The notes below the pieces were generated by a model. It searched no databases. It worked only from the letters and a program-made list of their open reading frames with translations, and was not told the DNA's origin. 64,000 bases of DNA. Source: Octopus sinensis (Eukaryota). The stretch covers positions 13,454,001 through 13,518,000 of the forward strand of contig NC_042999.1 of the NCBI RefSeq assembly GCF_006345805.1, written 5' to 3'. A program made the position numbers and the translations under genes. Positions 38,759-52,035 of the stretch are shown here, piece by piece; within the stretch, counting starts at the first letter, position 1, and every line of letters starts with the position of its first letter.

Positions 38759-39419
38759 ATATATGTAGACAGTAAGTTCAAGAAGGGAATAGACGTTGTT
38801 ACACTTATTCCCTCCTTACGATCGTTTTAGTCACATCATGTGAATATAAAAGATTGTGTAACATGTTGCACGGAACCCAGAGTTACCGCGCCAGAAAAAG
38901 CAAAGAATACAGCAATACCAGTAACACTGGGAAAGTTGTGATATATGTAGTTGTTAAGGCCACAATTGCAGGAGCTTACATATGTATGAAATGGAGGTGT
39001 ACCTCTGACAGTATTGAAGGCAGAAATGAATTTAGTTGCACCAAATAAAGATATCAGTGAATCCGGAGCGTTAATTTGTTGACAGTTGTCTGTTGGAAAA
39101 GAAGAATCTAATTATTGGAAATTAAATATCAACACATAGAATCATTAATTAATTAAGGAAGATTAATAAATTCTCAAAGAACAATACCAATGGTAATGGA
39201 TCAAGTAGAGTTATTTAAAGAAAATAAAAGAACGTGGAAAAATAATAGTTAAAAGAAATAATGATAAAGAAGAGCGAGTGTGAAAATTGGGAGGGATTTG
39301 GGTGGGCCACACATAATGGGCTCGACTGTAACTGACCACCATAATGACAAATATTATTTAGAGAGCATTATGAAAATATATGTATCATTACAGCTATGTA
39401 CATACCTATATACATTTAG

Positions 39420-40248
39420 CGTAGCCCATGAATGTATATCGTTGCTATTATGCTAAACTGTCGTGTGTCCAAATTTGGCCAAATGTGTTTTTTTCAATAT
39501 TTATTTTTGCTTGCAATAGCCTGTACTTTAGGTCAAACTGTCGTATCTTCGGCTGCTTATGATGCCAAAAAATGAGTAATTGTCAGAGCATAGTGCTATG
39601 GAATGGTGAAACTATTTTTTCGTTTTCTGAAAAAGCTAAATTTTTGGACTTACTATACTTTTGCTACTACACTTTCGTCCTTGCCAGCAAAAGGCTTCTT
39701 CGTTCGTCCCCTTGTGTGGTTGATTTCCTGTATAGTATTCTTGTTATTTTCTCGTTTTGTAACTAATTGTACTTTTTGTACATGTATTTTTATTTTTGCA
39801 GTTTTATTGTTTGTCTATGCCAGAAAAAAGGCTTTTTCGTTCGTCCTCTTGTGTTTGTTTTTGTATATGTATTTTAATTTTGCAGTCTTATTGTTACGTC
39901 TTGTTTGTGTTGTTCGTACTCATTGTGTGCCCCCGCTGCTTGAAATTTTATTTTAATCTTCTCTCGCAGAAGGCCTATTGGATTAGTGTTCTGTTATGCC
40001 TTCGAAACATGCCTGACTCCTCTAGCGACAGCTGATGACGGGGGTTTTGTCCTTGTGTAGCTCGTCCTGTATTTGTTTTTTCGTTTTCCGTTTTCTTGTT
40101 TTTTTTTTGTTTTTTGGCTTTTTCCGTTTCTACGTCTTATTGTGATGTCCTGTACTCCCGTATATTATTTCTATATGCATGTATATAACATTAGATGTAG
40201 GTACGTACATATATGTTTGTATGTATGCATATATTTTTATTTATCTCC

Positions 40249-40286
<38 letters not shown>

Positions 40287-40530
40287 ATATAATATATATA
40301 TTAATATATATATGGTTGCTATTATGTTAAACTGACGTATGTCCAATTTGGGCCAAATGTCAAACTATCGTATCTCCAGCTGCTTCAGATGCCAAGATAT
40401 CAAAACTTATCCAAGTGTACTTAAACGGTTTTGCTATAGAATGGTGTATCTATTGTTCCGTTTTCTGAAAATGCAACGTTTTGGACTTACGACACTTTTG
40501 CATAATAGCAACGATATCTACACGCCTGTG
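39420..40530. repeat. Unclassified dispersed repeat family, possibly Penelope-derived
   Basis: Blocks repeat at 13696-13945, 39430-39670 and 40312-40525 (TATCGTTGCTATTATGTTAAA...TTTTGGACTTACGA), and at 40080-40245 versus 59200-59410. Confidence 0.55.
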
Positions 40531-41325
40531 TTAGTATTTATGTCCATGTAAATCAGTGTACTTCTATGTATGTGGAGCCGCAATGGCCCACTGGTTAGGG
40601 CAGCAGGCTCGTGTGAGTGTTTATTGAGCGAAAATACCTAAAATTCCACGAGGATCCGGCAGGGGCTGGTGGCGAACCCTGCTGTACTCTTTCACCACAA
40701 CTTTCTCTCACTCTTTCTTCCTGTTTTTGTTGTACCTGTATTTCAAAGGGCCAGCCTTGTCACACTTTCTGTCACGCTGAATCTCCCCGAAGAACTACAT
40801 TAAGGGTATACGTGTCTGTAATGTGCTCAGCCACTTACACGTTAATTTCACAAGCAGGCTGTTCCGTTGATCGGATCAACTAGAACCCTCGTCGTCATAA
40901 CCGACGGCGTGCCACGATTTCTATGTATACACGAGTAAACATTTTAATCCGCCTGTAAAGCTGCATGGCATTAGGATATTCGGCCCACGATCGTAAGATT
41001 ATAAGTTCGACGTACCCAGCGGCGACTTGTTTCTTCGAGCAAGACGCTTCATTTCACACGGCTCCAGTCCACTCAACCCCTTGCACGTTAATTACAAAAT
41101 TAGGCTGTTCCGTTGACCGGATCAACTGGAACAGTCATCGTCGCAACCGACGGAGTGCCGGTTTAATCCACCTACACGCTTCTATTTGAATGTTCATGTA
41201 TATACCCCAGCTTCACTTTCTACATTTACATGTCTAATGCAAGACTGTCCAAGTTTACATCCGCATCAACGCATCAGAAATATATTCCTTTATCATTGAA
41301 TTTATTTTAATCTGTGCTATTCCAG

Positions 41326-41412
41326 ATGACGGCCAGTAAACCGAGTGATGCCGATCAAGGTTCTAATATACAACGAGAAAACTTTGAATCCATAAAGAAA
41401 CTTCAAGAAGAG
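41326..41412 (+). CDS. Coiled-coil gene exon (phase 0-0, 29 codons)
   Basis: tgtgctattccag|ATG acceptor, GAG|gtaaag donor. MTASKPSDADQGSNIQRENFESIKKLQEE. Confidence 0.8.
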
Positions 41413-41802
41413 GTAAAGTATCTCTAAACTTCCTTTACGCTCACCGAAACACAAATGTCAAACCATCTTTCCTATAAAATGCTTGACGTTGCATGCGTAC
41501 ACCCACGACCACACCCATGCAAGCGCAAGTACATACATACATACATACATACATACATACATACATACATACATACATACATACATACATACATACATAC
41601 ATAGAAAAGAGTATTTATTATTAAGTGAGAGAGCAGTGCATGTCATCAAAGTGACAAGGGAGTACAAATATATGAAACCCAATATATCCATCATGACTAC
41701 CCGTCTGATAAGGGTATATAAGGCACATACATCATAACCGTATGTGCGCGATTTGGAGATCTCACAACAAGATAAGCGTCATTACTATTATTATTATTAT
41801 TG

Positions 41803-41845
<43 letters not shown>

Positions 41846-41985
41846 AATTCCACCGAGGTCGACCAAGCCTTTCATCCTTTCGGGATCGATAAATTAAGTA
41901 CCAGTGAAACACTGGGGCCGATGTAATCGATTAGCATTCTTCGCCCAAAATTTCAAGGCCTTATGCCTTCAGCACAAATGATTAC

Positions 41986-42055
<70 letters not shown>

Positions 42056-42610
42056 GAGTGAGAGCAGTGCATGCCATCAAAGTGACACTGGAGTAAAATA
42101 TACAAAGCCCAGTATACACATCATGAATACCCGCCTGATAAGGGTACACTAGGCACATGCATCACAACCATATGTGCGCAACATGGTGATCTTATATCAA
42201 GATAAGCAGCACATGATCTTGCATGTGGAGTGCAGTTAGAATTTTCTTCTGGTCAAGTAATCCATCCCCCTCAAAAGGTCTTTGAATAAGGGTTGTTTAA
42301 GGATGATGAACAAAACACCCATGTTTCCACAAGTGAAATATTAAAACCCCAAAGAATCCCTCTCAACACATGGTTACGATGCTCCCCCACTACTTCTGCT
42401 CGTGATCAGAGACGCACATATCGTTAGCCACTAAGGGACATGCTCAACTGGTTAAGGTCAAACAATTGACAAGCAAATCTGTGGTATTGAGCAGAATATT
42501 TGCTGTAGCCCATCTTTTACACCAAGACAAAACAATGTACATGTTAACACTTCCAATCAGTTAAGATCAGAAGCCATGAGAGCCACTGCCTGGTACTGCA
42601 TCAGGGCATA

Positions 42611-42673
<63 letters not shown>

Positions 42674-42692
42674 CATGATCATGATCATCATG

Positions 42693-42760
<68 letters not shown>

Positions 42761-42779
42761 CATTATTATTATTATTATT

Positions 42780-43338
42780 GAGTGAGAGAGCAGTTCATGC
42801 CATCAAAGTGACACTGGGGTAAAATATACGAAGCCCAATATCCCATCATGACTACCCGTCTGATAAAGGTACCACAGCACATGCATCACAACCATATGTG
42901 CGCGACATGGTGATCTCATATCAAGATAAACAGCACATGACCTTGCAGGTGGGGCCCAGTTAGAATTTTCTTCAGTTGAGTAGCCCATCCTGCTCAAAAG
43001 GTCCCTGAATAAGGGTTGCTTTAGGATGTTGAACAAACACCTATGTTTCCAGAGGTGAATTATTCAAACCCCAAAGAATCCCTCTCACACATGGCCATGA
43101 TGCTCCCCCACTACTACTTCTGCTCGTGATCAGAGATGCACATATCGCCAGCCACTAAGGGACATGCTCAACTGGTTAAGGCCAAACAACTGACAAGCAA
43201 ATCTGTGGTATTGAGCAGAATATTTGCTGTAGCCCATCTTTTATACCAAGACAAAACAATGTACATGATAACACTTCCAATCAGTTAAGATTAGAAGCCA
43301 TGAGAGCCACTGCCTGGACTACTCTGCATCAGGCATTT
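42780..43338 (-). mobile_element. About 550-bp non-coding element always embedded in (TAA)n
   Basis: Near-identical copies at 15123-15670 and 42057-42610; partial copies at 41625-41780 and 7425-7470(+). Ends (A)TGCCCTGATGCAGTACCAGGC... and ...GCACTGCTCTCTCACTC(AAT)n. Strand assignment is inferred. Confidence 0.8.
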
Positions 43339-43361
43339 TATTATTATTATTTTTATTATCA

Positions 43362-43399
<38 letters not shown>

Positions 43400-43407
43400 T
43401 ATATTAC

Positions 43408-43443
<36 letters not shown>

Positions 43444-43465
43444 CATTATTATTATTATTATTATT

Positions 43466-43680
43466 CAGTAGTTTTATTTTTATAGCGTGCTTTCACTTCA
43501 CTACCGAGCGCAGCTCTGTGTGCCTTGGGTATGTGCTGTGATTTGTTGTGATGCTCTGATGGTTATTGTATGGAAAGTGTTCTGCGTAGGATGTGTGCAG
43601 TGCCTAGTAGTGCAATTTTCTGTATGTTATATGTGTTTGTTGCAATTTTCTGTATGTTATATGTGTTTGTTGCAATTTTC

Positions 43681-43685
<5 letters not shown>
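43466..43685 (-). mobile_element. 3' end of a different R4/Dong-like LINE in a (TAA)n array
   Basis: Minus strand encodes IQKIALLGTAHILRRTLSIQ*, then a short UTR and (TAA)n. Contains a 30-bp tandem duplication at 43610-43685. Confidence 0.75.
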
Positions 43686-43719
<34 letters not shown>

Positions 43720-43808
43720 CATTATTATTATTATCATTATTATTATTATTATTATTATGATTATTATAGCTTTCATATTTTAAAATCAATACTGATAATT
43801 CGTTTCAG

Positions 43809-43892
43809 ATTTTCACTTATAAATCATTAATCAAATCTCTCGAAAATGACTGCGCCAAATTCAAACTACAATCAGAAGAATATGAATACAAG
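43809..43892 (+). CDS. Coiled-coil gene exon (phase 0-0, 28 codons)
   Basis: ttcgtttcag|ATT acceptor, AAG|gtaaac donor. IFTYKSLIKSLENDCAKFKLQSEEYEYK. Confidence 0.85.
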
Positions 43893-45697
43893 GTAAACTG
43901 ATTTTGGATCCTCTCATGGTTAACTTGGCACTGACCAGGAAATATTTTCTCTTTATTATAAAGCTTCGTTCAACTAGATTGTTATTCTTGTGTAGGCCCC
44001 TGATAGTTCTTGTGTGGCAGTCCTTTAGCGTACAATTAAGGTCAAGGGACGAAGTGCAGCACACAGATCCATTTTCTTAGATACGCCACGGTTTTCAATA
44101 TATAATAGTGTAAAGTCATGTGTAACACTGTTGAATGCATTCGGACGTAGGGAAACATTTCGCTGCTGAAAGAGCCCTTTGGACATATATGTGTTTGTGT
44201 GTGTTTTTGTGCGTGTGTTTATGCGTGTTTTTTTTCATTCTGTGTGTGTTTGCGTTTGTGTTTATGTGTATGCGTGTGTCATTTAATTTCCAGTACTGTA
44301 CAAAGTCAAATTTAAGATCACTGTCTTTGTAGTTGTTAAGATATAAACTCCAGCCGAATGCTAGGAGAAAAAAGCTACGCAGCAGGAATGGTTCCCTGGT
44401 CTACAGCTGGTAGAGTAGCTAAATTTTAGAGACCAACTTCTCATTGTGCTGGTCATTAATGTATTTCCTCATATTTCTGGACAAGAAGGGCAAAATTCTG
44501 AGCGGCATTTCGTCCGCCTTTACGTTTTTAGTTCAAATGCTACCAAGGTCGATCTTGCATTTCACCCTTTCGGGGTCGATTAAAATAAACACTAGTTGAG
44601 CACTAGTGTCGATATAATCGGCTTACCTCTCCCCTAAACTTGCTGGCCAGAATTTGAAATCTATATTTCTGGATATTTACTCTACGTGGCCAAAACTGGT
44701 ATTGTAGAAAGACGGACATAGTGTACTCAATTGACACAGTGCATTACTGGTACTTCTTCACTTCAAAGGGATAGAGTTTTGAGAAGTCTAATAAGATTTG
44801 AGTATGAAGCAGAGGATGATGCATTATAGATTCTATAAAAACATCGAACGTGGAACGCCACTATTTTATGCATCTCCGCCATCTTTAAAACTGACTTCTT
44901 ACTAAAGTACAAGGCTTTAAATTCATCAGTAAACGGGATTAAATTGTTTGGGGGTCTATGCCTTTTTCTCAAAGGCTTTGCTAGTTTTAATGAAGTGAAT
45001 TGGCTTTCAAAAACGAAAACGGATTTGGATCGTGGATTAATTTCCTTGAGAGTACCAATAAAACAATAATATAACAATATTCGCTACATGCTGAAGGCAC
45101 GTGGCCTAGTGGTAGGGGTTTTGTACTTACGACTACAAGATCGGGTTTCGATTTCCGTACCTGGCAATGTGTTGTATTCTTGAGCAAAACACTTCATTTC
45201 ACGTTGTTCCAATTCATTCAGCTATAAAGGAATTACTCTGAAACGGACTTGACTCCCGTTCCATGAAGCGGGGATGTTTTGATCACGGTTATTAATGCGT
45301 CATAGAAAATGGATTACTGGTGAAGCGGGCGTATGTGTTCTGGGACTCGAGACAACAACACTTCATTTTTACTTTACTCGCTACTTGATTAAAGAAGCAA
45401 CAATAAATAAAATTTCTTATTTGAAGTTCACGTGTAAAGTTCACCAGTTTGAGCGTGATACGATACTTGTACTATAAGTCAGCAAATGGTAACATTCACA
45501 AGATGTTGAAATGACTAAACCGCCATCGCTAACGCCGTTTACATTGTAAAAATAAACCCATTGCAACAGCTCCGTTAAATCATTGTTTCAAATGATGTAA
45601 TACATATGCAGTTGGTTTATTGTATTTAACATTTAGCTGTCTGATTAATCTTAAACAAAACCACACCTAACGTCGGCTTCTATCTTTGGCATTACAG

Positions 45698-45790
45698 ATG
45701 AACAACCACAAAGAGAACATGGAGATGATTTCAGTCGACTGTAAGAAGTACAAGGAACAAGCTGAAGAATTGGAATATAAAGTAGCAGAG
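45698..45790 (+). CDS. Coiled-coil gene exon (phase 0-0, 31 codons)
   Basis: ctttggcattacag|ATG acceptor, GAG|gtaggt donor. MNNHKENMEMISVDCKKYKEQAEELEYKVAE, paralogous to the preceding exon. Confidence 0.85.
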
Positions 45791-46060
45791 GTAGGTTGCT
45801 TAGTTTCAACATTTGATGGTGGTGGTCGTGGTGGTGGTGGATTAAATAAAAGAACTGTGTGGGTCATGGCAAAGTTCCATTATAGAAAGGAGACGTAAAT
45901 GTTTGCAGTTGACATAATTCTATCCAACCAAGGGCTGGAAACTTATCTCAAAACATCAACAATAACTATGTAACAGATCCTTAAGAAAGGCACAAATTTC
46001 ACTACTATTTAAAAGTCCTTTAGTGTGCATCTATTTAAATATACACTTATATATATAATA

Positions 46061-46108
<48 letters not shown>

Positions 46109-46190
46109 TATATATAATAGCGTTACTAATAAATAACCTGGTGTCAGAATTCAATATACATATGCTAAATAAAACGTTAGTTATAGCTAC

Positions 46191-46233
<43 letters not shown>

Positions 46234-46424
46234 AGCGTTAGTTTTAGCTACGTTATATATATATATATATATATATATAGCCCCGTTTGCCTGTTTCTCC
46301 GTATGTGTTAAATGCTCTTGGCAACGTAAACGATCTTCTCTCACCTTGTTTGTCAGGTGGTGAGCGATGACATACATAGTGTCTCTGGATAGTATTAAGT
46401 ATATATATATATATATATATACAC

Positions 46425-47414
46425 ACAGCAACATAAAAATCTTTGCAGATGACTCCAAGCTACAGAAGGTCATAAATGAGGCGAGTGACCGGACATGCCT
46501 TCAGTCAGATCTACTGGCTGTTATCCAATGGGCAGAAAAAAAACATATGCTGCTGAACGAGGATAAATTTGAGCTAATCCACTTTGGAAAAGAGGATGCC
46601 CTGAAACTCCCATACTCCCTTCCTTCAGTGAAACTCTCGCGGCGTCCAACAACATCAGAGACTTGGGAGTAATTGTGGACAACAACGTAAGCTGGGCCAC
46701 TCATATAAACACCAAAGTTGACATGGCCCGCAGAATGTGTTCCTGGATTCTCAGAACTTTCCAGTCGAGAGATATCCACACCATTATCCTTCTCTTCTCC
46801 ACTTTTGCCCGACCCCACCTTGAATACTGTTGTCCACTGTGGTCTCCCCACACAATACAAGGTATCAAAAAGTTGAAGCACCTCAAAGGGCAATCACAAA
46901 AAAGATAGATGGCATGACAGGCCTCGACTATTGGGATCGGCTAAAAAGCTAAAACTCTATTCTCTCCAACGTCGTCGTGAGCGCTACATCATCTGCATGA
47001 TGTGGAAAATATTCCATCAGCATTGCCCAAATGATGTTGGCATCACCTTTAAGGTACATCCAAGGCTTGGCCCCGTGCCATCCGCCTAAAACAAAAATCG
47101 CACTCTCATCTCATAACAACAATACGGCACAATTATTTCACCTCAATTGGCCCCGCTCTCTTTAACATTACACCAAAACACATTAAACAGAACTGACCCT
47201 ATAGGGTTCAAGAAGTCTTTGGACAGATTCCTTCAAGAAATCCCGGATAAACCCCCTACACCCGGATATGTCTCTGTAAACAATAACTCTCTACTTGAGT
47301 GGGCCATAGTGCCCAAATTCTGACTTGAAAGACTTCACCAGGTGGTGCTATTAAGTTAGACATGGCCTGGGCCAATAATGGCCGAAACCTATCAAAGTAT
47401 CAAAGTATCAAAGT
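46425..47414 (+). mobile_element. 5'-truncated CR1-group LINE
   Basis: IKIFADDSKL (RT catalytic motif), DLGVIVD, RPHLEYCCPLWSP, LYSLQRRRERY, with frameshifts; ends in (ATCAAAGT)x3. Confidence 0.9.
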
Positions 47415-47499
47415 ATATATATATATATTTGTATGAATGTATACACACACATACATACGTATACACGCCACTTGTATTTATGCATGTATATATAGAGAC

Positions 47500-47599
<100 letters not shown>

Positions 47600-47681
47600 G
47601 TATATATGTATGTATATTCCTCTTACGAAAACTACTTTCGTTGGATACCGTACTTACTCATAAAAATAACGCCTTTCTTAG

Positions 47682-47717
47682 GTCTTTATTGAGAGTCGAC
47701 AGACAGAAGAAAATCGA
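47682..47717 (+). CDS. Possible further phase-0 exon (VFIESRQTEENR)
   Basis: gcctttcttag|GTC acceptor, CGA|gtaaca donor. Short and the donor is weak; could be chance. Confidence 0.2.
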
Positions 47718-47751
47718 GTAACAATGATACGTAATACGTAAGCCGTTAATG

Positions 47752-47810
<59 letters not shown>

Positions 47811-48289
47811 GTCTGCAAAACTTCTGGGGGTGTTTTAAATTAGTACTTAGCTCTCGTTTCATGGTTTTAAGCGAACAAGAATTAAATTACATCTCGTCAG
47901 TCTATCGCAAGTTAGACTGCAATAGTACAGTACCTGACAGCTCAAAGTACTAAAGCAATGTAGATAAACGTATTCTGCTTAGGAACGACGTACCAAAACG
48001 CCTACAAAGTATTCAAATTCACGATCTATGAGTAACTTGTCAAATACTTTATTTAGCTATTTGATTTTCGCAACTCTAAAAGCTTTGGATACAAATATAC
48101 GTTAAGTGAAAGTGGACTCACATTTACCAGATTTATGGAAAATTTAATATCATATTCTTTTATTCTTTTATGTGCTTCAGCCCAAAGGCTGTGGCCATGC
48201 TGGAGCACCGCTAGTATTATCCTCTTTTTGTAATTGGCTCTTTCTTGGTGTAAGAGGGAGTTCGATATTGCTGCTCTCTTTCAAGCTTC

Positions 48290-48567
48290 TTGGTGTAAAG
48301 TAGGCTCATCTGGAAAGTCAGGTTGTTTCTCTGAAACATCTACCACTGCCTCATTGGATGCTTTGACAAGACATTAAATAGTCGTAGGTCCTTGAGCCCT
48401 AAGCTATTGCAGTATACGGTTCTCACTCGGTAAACCTGGGACCAATGGAACAGTGCAGTAACGTCCAGTTCGGGTGCTGGCATAGTTCTTGATGCCAAAG
48501 TTTGGGACCAACCTCTCCAGGATCTTCTATATGTATATCACTGCATACCTCTCTCTCTTCTCTCTCT

Positions 48568-48618
<51 letters not shown>

Positions 48619-48643
48619 ATATATGTGTGTATGCATGTAAATG

Positions 48644-48686
<43 letters not shown>

Positions 48687-48855
48687 AGAGTTTACGAAAA
48701 AAACAAAAAACGAAGACAGGTCCTGTAGAAAACAAACAGATGTATTAGTATAACTCTCAGGAATAGAACAAGTCTTTTATATACGTTTCGAGCCTACGCT
48801 CTTCTACAGAAAGGTACACAGAAAAAACAAGGAGAGAAAAAAAGGAGAGAAAAAG

Positions 48856-48892
<37 letters not shown>

Positions 48893-49460
48893 GTATATAT
48901 ATATATACACATATATATGTGTGTGTGTGTGTGTATGTATGTGTGTATATATATCGTCTATGCTCCAAGGAGAAGAGTCGCAACTCTTTCAGTCTCTCCC
49001 AGTATTTCTGTTGTTCCATCGATGCAGTCTTCCTGGTGTAGCACCGCTGAACTGCCACCAGTTCCGCTATCAATTTGATACTGCGGAGTGACCACAGTTG
49101 AGAACAGTAGTACAGACGGCTGAGGGAAAACATTTTCCATAGAACCAGCATAGTTTCCCGGTCCCCTGTTCTGAAATTTTTAAATATACATCCAGCCTTT
49201 GGCCTGCACATTGCCGCCATCAAAACGAAGCTTTGTTGCTCGTATCAGTCCGTAGATCCTAGACTGTACTTGATTCTGAGATCGCCGCTCCTTTTAGTCA
49301 AAAGTACCTTTGCTGTGGCATGTTTAGCATAATTTGGCTGATGGCAGAGGGCTTGGAGTTTTCCTTCATTGAATTGAATGTTCTTTTCTTCAGCCCATTT
49401 AAGTATGGCATATAGGTCCTTCTGTAGATTAATTTTGTGTCGTCGGCATAGATGTACGGA
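48290..49460 (-). mobile_element. Fragmented CR1-group LINE interrupted by microsatellites and a Penelope-type repeat
   Basis: YIYADDTKL (about 49430-49456), SRLYYCSQLWS...YWERLKELRLFSLEHRR (48955-49140), and KILERLVPNFGIK... (48290-48530), collinear on the minus strand. Confidence 0.8.
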
Positions 49461-50226
49461 CTTAAGTACGAAACTTCGTTTCTTACCTGTTCATTGCCTT
49501 ACTGTTTTAACCAACAAATTCCACTTTATTAGAATATTGTTGACATGAACAATATCATGAATCTTTCAACTGCTACACCAATGAAGAACTGCTAGTGGTC
49601 CATATAAAAATGCTGGTGTGTTGTGGTGGATTAGGTACAACCAAGAAGGCTTAAATTCTATTATTATTCAAATTTTTTCAGATATGACAATCTAAATTTT
49701 AAATAAGTTAATAGTATATTTACTTGCATGTTATCTTTAGTTGTAATTGTTTCAGTCATCGGACTTTTAAGACCTTGAAGGGTTTTGGTCGAACGAATCG
49801 ACACTAGTACCTATTGCTTATTCTGTCGGTTTCTTCGTCGAACAGCTAAGCTGCGGGATGTAAACAATTCAGCACCGGTTATCAAACGGTGAGGAGTGGA
49901 TAAACACAAAGATACACACATACACACACACACATATATATATGTGTGTGTATGTATATATGTATGTATGTACGTATGTATGTATGCATATGTATATATG
50001 TATGTATATATGTATACATATATACACACATACACATACTCACACACAGAAACAACGAAGTGACTCAAGGGCTCAGAGCTTCGTGCGTTTGATAAATGCT
50101 AACGCACGAAACCCTCGTCCTTTGAATCACTCTGTTGCTTCTGCTAAATATTAAAAAAAATATATGTATATACTCATGTTTTGAGCTATATTTTTCCTGT
50201 CTGCATCACTAAACTTATATATATAG

Positions 50227-50285
<59 letters not shown>

Positions 50286-50843
50286 CATATATGTATGTAT
50301 GTGTGTATACACAAGGTGAAATCCCATAGAGTTTCTGTGTTCCAATTTTACTCACACGGCATTAGTAAGCCCGGGCTTTTAGTAAGAAACATATGCCCAA
50401 GGTGCCGTGCAGTGGGACTGAACCCAGAACCGCGCGTTTGCAAAGCGACCTTCTTAAACACACAGCCATGCCTACGCCTAAACAAATATCCCAATTACTT
50501 TATTGAAACATTTACGTCTTACTTCACTACAAAATACAATTTAAAAAAATATGTCAACCCCTCGACATGAATGTCTATAGTGGATCCGAAACCACGATCT
50601 TACACTCATGAGTGCAACATCCCTAACCATTCGGCCAAGTGCTTTCACCTACGCGACAGACGATCCATTATCTTCATGAGTTCTTTTTACTAGCTTAGCT
50701 TTATTAATCAATCTTACAACCAGACATGTAGCGGTTTCTTTCTTTTCCAGAACTTACTAACCTACACTAGCAAACACTAGCAACGTTGGCATCTAGTCGT
50801 CCAACAATCGCTTCTTTTTGATTACTATCATAAACTTTAAAAA

Positions 50844-50878
<35 letters not shown>

Positions 50879-51039
50879 GTGGTCCAAGACATTGTTTAGA
50901 TTTAAGAGAGTCTGAAGAATACAATGAAACGATTCTATCTGGTGGTAATGGCAGCAGCAGAAATAAGTTAACCTCATAAACACAAGACAAAGTACATCTC
51001 CTATATACGAGCATGAGGGAGAGAGATAGAAGATAGAAG

Positions 51040-51061
51040 TAGTAGTAGTAACAGTAGTAAC

Positions 51062-51095
<34 letters not shown>

Positions 51096-51281
51096 ACAGT
51101 AGTAGTAGTAGTAGTAGTAGTAACAGTAGTAGTAGTAGTAGTAGTAGTAACAGTAGTAGTAGTAGTAGTAACAGTAGTAGTAGTAGTAGTAGTCAGTAGT
51201 AGTAGTAGTAGTAGTAGTAACAGTAGTAACAGTAGTAGTAGTAGTAGTAGTAGTAGTAACAGTAGTAGTAGTAACAGTAAC

Positions 51282-51315
<34 letters not shown>

Positions 51316-51317
51316 AC

Positions 51318-51354
<37 letters not shown>

Positions 51355-51535
51355 ACAGTAGTAGTAGTAGTAGTAGTAACAGTAGTAGTAGTAGTAGTAG
51401 TAGTAACAGTAGTAGTAGTAGTAACAGTAGTAGTAGTAGTAGTAGTAACAGTAGTAGTAGTAGTAACAAAGTAGTAGTAACAGTAGTAGTATAGTAGTAG
51501 TAGTAGTAGTAGTCATAGTAGTAGTTAACAGTAAC

Positions 51536-51566
<31 letters not shown>

Positions 51567-51659
51567 ACAGTAGTAGTAGTAGTAGTAGTAGTAACAGTAG
51601 TAGCAGTAGTAGTAGTAGTAGTAGTAGTAGTAACATAGTAGTAGTGTAGTAGTAGTAAC

Positions 51660-51706
<47 letters not shown>

Positions 51707-51725
51707 GAGGAGGAGGAGGAGGAGG
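51040..51725. repeat. (AGT)n array punctuated by AAC, ending in (AGG)n
   Basis: Direct reading. Confidence 0.95.
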
Positions 51726-51997
51726 AAGCCATTGGATGTGTGCATAATGGTTGTTAGCGACGGATTCGACTTGTCAATCGCAGGTGTGCAGTAGGCGTGG
51801 AGCTCTGGAGTGAGAAAGCCTAATTAATTTTTTTTTCCTATGTCACCTCAGTTTGCCTACCTGTAAGGGACAGGTGTCAGTCCATTCTGCTTGAGTTGCC
51901 TGTAATAGACTGGCGTCCCGGCCAGATTTCCTTTCTCTGTTAATTTAAAGTAAGACGAAATAGCTAAGTGGGAAGCATTATATATGCATATCTCCAT

Positions 51998-52035
<38 letters not shown>

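Noticed and set aside
50837-51745. 302-aa poly-Leu/Thr ORF and similar poly-I, poly-N and poly-L ORFs (3637-4228, 14901-15128, 54999-55334)
   Set aside because: Trinucleotide arrays with no coding complexity or splice context.
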